In this document: positions 53,444 to 64,000 of the stretch, in pieces
Layout of the letters: every line of letters begins with the position of its first letter
Numbering within the stretch: position 1 is the first letter of the stretch
The notes under the pieces: model-generated
Seen by the model: the letters and a program-made list of their open reading frames with translations, nothing else
Databases searched by the model: none
Told to the model about the DNA's origin: nothing
Assembly: GCA_951406725.2 (NCBI GenBank)
Contig: OX597827.1
Coordinates: forward strand, 30,814,001-30,878,000
DNA from: Octopus vulgaris
Taxonomy: Eukaryota
Length of the DNA: 64,000 nucleotides
Direction of reading: 5' to 3'
Made by a program: the position numbers and the translations under genes

Positions 53444-53534
53444 ATTTTCAGCATTCAGCTTCACACAATTAGTATAATGTTCAGTTAGCTGAGACACACT
53501 GAGACCTTTCAAGGGATTGCTGCTGCTGGTATTT
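53444..53534 (-). CDS. NCAPH: NCAPH (condensin complex subunit 2) exon: (R)NTSSSNPLKGLSVSQLTEHYTNCVKLNAEN
   Basis: ttttcaag acceptor, gtgagt donor; resembles the CAP-H motif QITEHYSTCIKLSTEN; splices in phase 0 to the next exon. Confidence 0.9.
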
Positions 53535-53679
53535 CTTGAAAAAATTTTTAAAAATGGAAATTACAACAAAATTATACAATGACAGGAGTGAATTTGGCAG
53601 AGAACATCAAATTTAATAGAAATAAAATAAAATTTTGTCATGTCTGAAACAACACAAGGCCAACAATGAATGAGTACTT

Positions 53680-53716
<37 letters not shown>

Positions 53717-53754
53717 AACACACACACATACATATATACATATATATACATATA

Positions 53755-55217
<1,463 letters not shown>

Positions 55218-55744
55218 TACACACACACATAGAAAGATAAATTGATAGATACAACTGAGTGGGCAAACGAAAAAATTTGAGACACTGCCTAGTGGGGTTT
55301 TTTTTAATTTTGATAAGCCTGGTACTTATTCTATCAGTTTCTTCTAGTGAAACCAGTAAGTTATGGAGATGTAAATAAATGAACATCAGTTGTGAGGCAG
55401 TGATGAGGGAGAAACACAAAGACACACACATAGACTTACATATATATATATATATACAATTGATTTCTTTCAGTTTCTGTCTACAAAATCCACTGACAAG
55501 GCTTTGGTTGGTCTGAGGATATAGCAGAAGATACATGCCAAGTTACCACATAGTGGGACTGAACTGAGGACCATGTGTTTTGGAACCAAGTTTGTTACCA
55601 CACAGCCACACATGCACCTATGTATGTGTGTGGGTGGGTGGGTGTGTGTGTGGATGTGTGTGTATGGGTGTATATATGTTTGCATGTATATATGTGTATT
55701 ATATGCGTACATATTACATGCACATCTATATATATATATATATA

Positions 55745-57322
55745 CAGCAGGGAATTGTATCAGACTGCCAAAAGAGAAGCTAAGAGACAGGTTTATTTAG
55801 CCAGAGGGGAAGCAGATAAGAAAAAATTTGCCAATGTTCTGCGCCGTGAGGACCAAAGACTGGAGGTGTTTCGCGTTGCAAGACAGTGTGTGAGAGAGAA
55901 TCGTGATGTGGTAGGAGTGAAGTGTGTTCGCATGGATGATGGTTCACTTGCGCTAAATGAGGATGCAAAGAGAGAGGTTTGGAGACGCCACTATGAAAGG
56001 TTGCTGAATAAAGAAAATGAATGGGATAAAGAGAGTCTGCCGAATGTTGACCCAACAGAGGGACCAGCTATCAAAGTTGATAGTTCCTTGGTAGTTAAGG
56101 CAATTAGAAGCATGAAGACAGGGAAAGCCCCAGGCCCATCAGGTATCACTGCAGAGATGCTCAAAATATCTGGTACTGTCGGCTATAGCCTAGTCACCCG
56201 TATAGTTAATCAGGTGATACACGAAGGAGTCATACCCAATGACTGGTGTAGCAACATAATAGTCAACTGCTACAAAGGTAAAGGTGACGCCCTAGATACA
56301 AATAATTACAGAGGTATCAAGCTGTTGGATCAAGTGATGAAGGTTACGGAGAGGGTCATAGCCCAACTAATTAGAGAGAGAGCTAGTTTAGATGAGATGC
56401 AGTTTGGGTTTGTGCCAGAGAAAAGTACCACTGATGCTATATTCTTGGTAAGGCAGCTGCAGGAGAAATACCTAGCCAAAGATAAGCCCCTGTACCTGGC
56501 TTTTGTTGACATGGAGAAAGCCTTCGACAGGGTCCCCCGATCCCTTATCTGGTGGTCAATGAGGAAACTAGGGATAGATGAATGGTTAGTGAGAGCTGTG
56601 CGAGCCATGTACAGGGACGCTGCTAGTAAGGTGAGGGTTGACAACGAGTACAGTGAAGAATTCCGGGTAGAGGTAGGGGTCCACCAAGGCTCAGTCCTCA
56701 GCCCCCTCCTATTTATCATAGTCCTCCAGACAATAACAGAGGAATTCAAGACAGGATGCCCTTGGGAGCTCCTCTATGCTGATGACCTTGCTCTAATTGC
56801 TGAGTCACTATCAGAACTGGAGGAGAAGTTTCAGGTGTGGAAATAAGGATTAGAATCGAAGGGCCTTAGAGTCAATCTGGCTAAAACCAAAGTCGTAATC
56901 AGTAGGAAGGTAGACAAATCACAAACGCCTTCAGGTAGATGGCCCTGCTCGATCTGTAGAAAAGGTGTAGGTAGAAACTCTATAAGATGCACCAAGTGTA
57001 AGCTATGGACACATAAGAGGTGCAGCAATGTCAAAGGAAGGCTAACTAGGAAGATGGTTTTTGTATGTGGCAGATGCTCAGGAACAATAAACACTGAAAA
57101 TGCTCTGAGACCAACTTCCGTCACTTTCCAGGGAGAAAAACTAGAAATAGTTGATAGTTTCGTTACCTAGGTGACCAAGTCAGCAGCGGGGGCTGGTGTG
57201 CTGAAAGTGTAACTGCTAGAGTAAGAATAGCTTGGGCAAAGTTCAGAGAGCTCTTACCCCTGCTGGTGACAAAAGGCCTCTCGCTCAGAGTAAAAGACAG
57301 ACTGTATGATGCATGTGTACGA
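55745..57322 (+). mobile_element. RTE-clade LINE fragment (RT), copy 1
   Basis: GKAPGPSG, NYRGIKLL, FVDMEKAFD, GVHQGSVLSP, YADD; premature TAA at 56844. Confidence 0.92.
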
Positions 57323-59655
57323 GACCAAGAACCATGCAGGTAGCCAATCTCTGGACTCTTTCGAGATGCTGTATGTCTTTGAGGAGATAAGGAGAAGAGG
57401 CTTGAATCCCGTGCTCCAATATGGGTCTCACCAGCATGACATAGAGTGGTAGGAATATAGCTGCTGTGAGCATTCTGAATGACTGTCGAATCAAGAACAG
57501 AACTCCGCGTGCTTTGTTGGCAGCATGGACGCACTGGACCGAAGGCGAAAAGGAAGAATCCACCAAGATACCAAGGTCCTTTACCTAGTTAGTCCTCTCC
57601 AGCTGCAGACGACCCGGCTTGAAATCAAGTTGAGTTGCAGGAGGATAGCCAACAGGCAGATGACAGCACTTTGACACGTTCAGACACAGGTCCCATTCGT
57701 TAGACCATCTCCAAATTCGGTGGAGGCATCGACGGAGATCCTCTATATCACTGCGAGGAGCGACCAGTTTGACATCATCGGCAAATAGAAGAGTGTGTTG
57801 CGTGAGGTTGTTGGGCAAGTCATTTATGAAGACTAAGAACAATAAGGGCCCAAGCACTGAACCTTGAGGAACGCCACTGCTCGCACTGGAGACGTCGGAC
57901 AGCGAACCATTAACTTGGACTTGGAAGGAGCGATCTGAGAGGAAGGCACCAACCCATCGTACAATAGCCGGATGGAAACTATATGCTTGAAGCTTGACAA
58001 GTAATAGGCGTTGGTTTACCGAGTCAAAAGCTTTAGCAAAGTCCAATAAAATGATGTCAACAGCATCACCATCATCGAGGATGCGCATCACCGATTCTTC
58101 CATTACCAGTAAGTTGGTCAAGCATAATCTCTTCGGCACGAAGCTGTGTTGGGAATCGGAGATAGAGGCTGTGTTTTGGAGGTGGAGCATCATACTTTTC
58201 TTAAGGATGGTTTTGAACATCTTGCTGATTATCGAAGTAAGGGAAACCGGTCGGTAGTTAAGCGGGTCTTCGCGGCTCCCTTTCTTGAAAATTGGGCAGA
58301 TTATCGCTGTTCTCCAGTCCGCAGGTATAACACCCGTCGCCAATAACATATTGAATAGACGTGTTAAAGGCTCGCAGATGACCGGAGCCAACGCTTTGAT
58401 AACCCATGGGTGTATGCCATCAGGGCCGTGACCCTTGTTGACATCGAGGCCTTGAATAACGCCTTCGACTTCGTCCCACGTGATGACCAATCTAAGCATT
58501 GGAGGTACCGATCTATCAAATGGAGGAGGTTCACAACCATCATCTTGTTTGAAAATAGTTGAAAAAGCCTCGGCAAATAAATGACTCTGTTGATAAGGGT
58601 CCTCAATCGATACACCTGTTGAGTCTACCAACGTTGCAATTTGGTTGTTCAAGCGGGAATTCCGTTGGACATGGGCAAAGAAGGTTTTTGGATTGCGACT
58701 GGCATTTGCTGCGATTCTGTATTCATATCTGAGGCGTTCTTCTTTTTCAACTTTCACGGTTCGGTCTCGTTGAGTTTTGTACACCTCAAAAGCTGCAGTC
58801 GAATCTAGATTTTTGAATTCAGCCCAAGCAATATCTTTTAGTCGAAGTTCTCGTTTAACCTTCTTCGTCACCCAGGGCTTGTGTTTCTTCTTCTTGGGAA
58901 CCCAATGGGAACTACTTGGTCAGTCAACCAGATTACATATGCTTTGAGGGACAACTATAGTTTGCCAACTGACGACATCATCATCAGGGATTGCCAGTCC
59001 AGAAGTGCAGAAGCCTCGGTTAAAATTTCAAGATTAATTGCAGAGAAGACTCTACGTGGCAGCGAAGTAGTCGTGGGCATAGAAATTGTTGTGTGCATGA
59101 CGAACTTCAGGACCACATGATCACTCTTGGCAAGAGGGGCGCACACAGATAAGCCTGACACTGATCTTGGATAGCGGGAGAATACCAGATCCAGCATAGA
59201 TGGCTGCTGCCCAGACCGATGCCTTGTCGGATATTCGACATGTTGCGATAGAAAACAATCTTCAGCCATGTCAAGAAGGGTCTGGCCGAACTGGGAAGAT
59301 GATGTACAAACTGATGCGGGCCAGTCGATCGTGGGAGCGTTGAAGTCTCCTAATATCAAACAGTCATGAGAAACTGAAACGAGTCTTATCACTTCGAGTA
59401 AATGAGCATCGTCCTGGGGGTCGGCAAGAGGCGGCCTGTAGACAGCTAACACGGGCAGGCAAAACCCGGATAGGCTCAGCCTGCAGTAGACGGCATCGAA
59501 TTTTGTTGTAGGTTGAGCATTAGTGGGTAGAATACCGCTGGACAGTTTGAGATCAGATTTAACATACACAGCAACACCTCCACCTCGCCTTTTTTCTCTG
59601 TCACATCTGAAGAGGGCGTAGCCCTGTAGGTGGATTTCCGAGTCCTTTACTGCTG
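57323..59655 (-). mobile_element. CR1-clade LINE ORF2 (APE + RT), truncated at both ends, with frameshift and stop
   Basis: GGGVAVYV, VYRPP, LGDFN, SDH; NYRPVSLTS, DFAKAFDSV, GVPQGSVLGP, FADD, LERVQR. Confidence 0.92.
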
Positions 59656-61964
59656 GAGTGTAGTGGGTGCTTCTTACGTGCCACCTGCACAGGTGCCAGA
59701 CAAGGCTGGCAAACGGCCACGATCGGATGGTGCCTTTTACGTGCCACCGGCACGGAAGCCAGTCGGGGCAGCGCTGGCAACATCCACGTTCGGATGGTTC
59801 TCTTACATGCCACCGGCACTGGTATCACAGCTACAATTCCCATTGATGTTGAATGATTTCGATTTCGATTTCCACTTGCCTCAACAGGTTTTCACAAGTA
59901 GAGTTTTGTGTCCCAAGAAGGAAAGGTATGCATAAGTGGACTGGCTACATCCCAGGTAGAAGGCCATGGGTTATGGTCTCACTTGTCCTGCCGGGTCTTC
60001 TCACGCACAGCATACTTCCATAGGTCTCAGTCTCTAGTCATTTCCTCGGTGAGACCTAAAGTTCGGAGGTCGTGCTTCACCACCTCGTGCCAGGTTTTCC
60101 TGGGTCTACCTCTTCCACAGGTTCCCTCAACCGCTAGGGTGTGGCACTTTTTCACACAACTATTTTCAGCCATTCTCGTCACATGACCATACCAGCGCAA
60201 ACGTCTCTCTTGCACACCACAACTGATGCTTCTTAGGTCCAACTTTTCTCTCAAGGTACTTACACACTGTCGAGTATGAACACTGACATTACACATCCAT
60301 CGGAGCATCATGGCTTCATTTCTTGTGAGCTTACGCATATCTTCAGCAGTCACAGCCCATGTTTCACTACCATGTAGCATGGCTGTTCGTACACATGCAT
60401 CATACAGTCTGTCTTTTACTCTGAGCGAGAGGCCTTTTGTCACCAGCAGGGGTAAGAGCTCTCTGAACTTTGCCCAAGCTATTCTTACTCTAGCAGTTAC
60501 ACTTTCAGCACACCAGCCCCCGCTGCTGACTTGGTCACCTAGGTAACGAAACTATCAACTATTTCTAGTTTTTCTCCCTGGAAAGTGACGGAAGTTGGTC
60601 TCAGAGCATTTTCAGTGTTTATTGTTCCTGAGCATCTGCCACATACAAAAACCATCTTCCTAGTTAGCCTTCCTTTGACATTGCTGCACCTCTTATGTGT
60701 CCATAGCTTACACTTGGTGCATCTTATAGAGTTTCTACCTACACCTTTTCTACAGATCGAGCAGGGCCATCTACCTGAAGGCGTTTGTGATTTGTCTACC
60801 TTCCTACTGATTACGACTTTGGTTTTAGCCAGATTGACTCTAAGGCCCTTCGATTCTAATCCTTATTTCCACACCTGAAACTTCTCCTCCAGTTCTGATA
60901 GTGACTCAGCAATTAGAGCAAGGTCATCAGCATAGAGGAGCTCCCAAGGGCATCCTGTCTTGAATTCCTCTGTTATTGTCTGGAGGACTATGATAAATAG
61001 GAGGGGGCTGAGGACTGAGCCTTGGTGGACCCCTACCTCTACCCGGAATTCTTCACTGTACTCGTTGTCAACCCTCACCTTACTAGCAGCGTCCCTGTAC
61101 ATGGCTCGCACAGCTCTCACTAACCATTCATCTATCCCTAGTTTCTTCATTGACCACCAGATAAGGGATCGGGGGACCCTGTCGAAGGCTTTCTCCATGT
61201 CAACAAAAGCCAGGTACAGGGGCTTATCTTTGGCTAGGTATTTCTCCTGCAGCTGCCTTACCAAGAATATAGCATCAGTGGTACTTTTCCCTGGCACAAA
61301 CCCAAACTGCATCTCATCTAAACTAGCTCTCTCTCTAATTAGTTGGGCTATGACCCTCTCCGTAACCTTCATCACTTGATCCAACAGCTTGATACCTCTG
61401 TAATTATTTGTATCTAGGGCGTCACCTTTACCTTTGTAGCAGTTGACTATTATGTTGCTACACCAGTCATTGGGTATGACTCCTTCGTGTATCACCTGAT
61501 TAACTATACGGGTGACTAGGCTATAGCCGACAGTACCAGATATTTTGAGCATCTCTGCAGTGATACCTGATGGGCCTGGGGCTTTCCCTGTCTTCATGCT
61601 TCTAATTGCCTTAACTACCAAGGAACTATCAACTTTGATAGCTGGTCCCTCTGTTGGGTCAACATTCGGCAGACTCTCTTTATCCCATTCATTTTCTTTA
61701 TTCAGCAACCTTTCATAGTGGCGTCTCCAAACCTCTCTCTTTGCATCCTCATTTAGCGCAAGTGAACCATCATCCATGCGAACACACTTCACTCCTACCA
61801 CATCACGATTCTCTCTCACACACTGTCTTGCAACGCGAAACACCTCCAGTCTTTGGTCCTCACGGCGCAGAACATTGGCAAATTTTTTCTTATCTGCTTC
61901 CCCTCTGGCTAAATAAACCTGTCTCTTAGCTTCTCTTTTGGCAGTCTGATACAATTCCCTGCTG
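59656..61964 (-). mobile_element. RTE-clade LINE, copy 2, with C-terminus and part of the 3' UTR
   Basis: Same RT as copy 1, plus HGSETW, RLRWYGHV, RGRPRKTW and three 3' UTR repeat units. Confidence 0.92.
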
Positions 61965-63256
61965 TATATATATATATATATAGATGTGCATCTAATCCTT
62001 ATTTCCACACCTGAAACTTCTCCTCCAGTTCTATATATTTACTATATTAGGTTTATCTTTGTGCTCTTCTTAATTTGTATTCCATTTTATTTATCTATTA
62101 CATGGATATATATATATATTTATATTTATTTATTTAATTATTTATTTTTGTTTATTTGGTGCTTACTAACTTATAATTTAATTTATAATTAATGAACTTA
62201 TATCTAAATTAATAGTAACTTCTGTTTACTTTATGTGTATGTATATATACGTCTTTGGATGGGCAGACATATATTTTAATTTATGATTTAGTGGATGTGG
62301 GTTGAGGTGTCGAGGTGTGTGAAAATGTGTATGTGTACGTATGTATGTTTTTGTAAGTATAGGTATGTTCGTGGGTGGATGTACGGATGTATGTTTTTCT
62401 TATACATATGAGTACGCAGGTGCGTATTTGGATATGTATATATGTATATGCGAATATTTATTCATGGGTGAATATAAGTATAGGTTTTATTTGTGCGTAT
62501 GAGTGCGCAGATATATATTTAAATATGTATATATGTGTGTGCGAATGTTCCCTGACACAGTATATGAGAGTGTATTAATATTTATGGGTATATGCGGATG
62601 TGCGTGTGAGTGTGTGTTAGTGTATAGACACTGCTGCCTGTACTGATTTGTCTATAAGCCATGCAATGACAGACATGCACTCTGCAATTTAGTGAATGTG
62701 TAGGGATGTGTCGGGGTGTATTCATGTGTGTGTGCATGTGTGTGTGAGTTTTTGTGTGGACATGTGGGTTTAGGGTTGGATGTGGATGTGGATGTTTTTC
62801 TTGTGCGGTGTGGTGGAGGTCGGGCAGCTCTCAGCGGACCAACCGTGAAGAAGACAATGATAATTTAAATTCAAACCCAATAGTGTATTTATGTCATAAG
62901 GAAAATTACTAACTGGAACCCGGACATACATATGTGCCATTTTGGATCCTAATGTAAGCGTTATTAATAATATTATGAATGATAATAATGGTAGCACTAA
63001 TGGTATTGACAACGATAATGATGCTAACTTCAATGACACTTTGGAAATTAGTAGAAAGTAATATAATGTACTATTGACTATGTATATTTGCATCTAGATA
63101 CTAATATGTGTATGTTTATTAACACAATATTAAGTTGAAAACTGAAACATTGAATGTGGAACGTATATATGTTTACTAATTTATATTATTTATTTACATC
63201 ATTATGTATATTTTTATATGTATAGGAGTGTGAGTATATGCACTCATATGTATATG

Positions 63257-63374
63257 TATATCTCCGAAGAGGGCTTATGATATCTTTGTAAATGTCTCAT
63301 TTATATCTATATAAGGCTAATATTGGTAAAATGAGACATACTTATCTACATGGCCGAAACAGCTGTAAGATGTA
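63257..63374 (+). ncRNA. Type I hammerhead-like motif with extended stem II
   Basis: TATATCT CCGAAGA G GGC...GCC GAAAC AGCT GTA AGATGTA; core U4 is C. Confidence 0.5.
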
Positions 63375-63446
63375 ATCTATACTTATATTTATATTTACTT
63401 ATATTTATATTCTCTTTTTTATATACATTCTACTAATTATACAACA

Positions 63447-63958
63447 CTAGCAGTATCGCCCGGCGTTGCTCGGGTTTGTAAGGGAAATAACTATATAAGC
63501 ATTTTTAGAGAGTTACTTCCCTTATAGATGCCAATTCGGGCTTTCTTAGCCATTTCTGTTTTGGTGTCTTCAAGTCATGAAGTCGTTGTTCTAAAAGAAC
63601 GCTGGTCTCCTTGACAACGCTTTACGACGTTGATTTCCTTACACTCCCTTCCCCACAACTTCACGAGGGAGGGAAGAAGGGGAGAAGCAAACAGGTGCAG
63701 GTGTGACCATGGACGCCAACTCCGCCGCCATCGACACACGAAAAATTATGCATTAAAATGGAATAAAAAATGATGTTAAATTATTTTTAAAATCGTAGAC
63801 TCATCGTAGACGCGCGCTAATACTCAGACGGGCTCAATACGAATCATGACTATAAGATACCCGAATTTGGTTAAACTGCACCGCAAAATGTGGGAGTAGT
63901 TAGGAATCTAAATCGAAGGGGACAGACACTCACACAACTACAGTTTTATATATATAGA
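63447..63958 (-). mobile_element. Non-autonomous Helitron, same family as 45859-48610
   Basis: A/TC start, hairpin and CTAG/T end; both end regions nearly identical to the other copy. Confidence 0.85.
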
Positions 63959-64000
63959 TTACTCTTTTATAACACCTTTTATGTACACTGATTTGTTCTG

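Noticed and set aside
55718-61991. Composite transposon or DIRS-like element with long inverted terminal repeats
   Set aside because: The arms are dead RTE coding sequence plus host flank; no TSD, transposase or recombinase

Overview
AT-rich, microsatellite-dense animal genomic DNA with a 100-N scaffold gap at 37178-37277. The SINE and LINE families look like those of octopus (cephalopod); this is recognition from memory, not a database result. One host gene is clear: N-terminal exons of the condensin I kleisin NCAPH (CAP-H/Barren) on the minus strand, 39569-53534, read by hand because the ORF track misses most of them. A second, unidentified minus-strand exon chain may lie left of the gap. 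The rest is mostly transposon-derived: a near-intact Buster-type hAT with 8-bp TSD nested in a Helitron, other Helitrons, a decayed hAT, Tc1/mariner relics, RTE, CR1, Tx1/L1 and R4/Dong-type LINE fragments, three tRNA-SINE families and MITEs. The most unusual signals are: (1) a repeat family carrying all hammerhead ribozyme core parts in a non-circularly permuted order, with a covarying stem I between two copies; (2) a 1605-bp fold-back inverted duplication with a 42-nt templated insertion; (3) a twin-primed RTE insertion; (4) an apparently incomplete NCAPH. No prokaryote-type system such as CRISPR is present.
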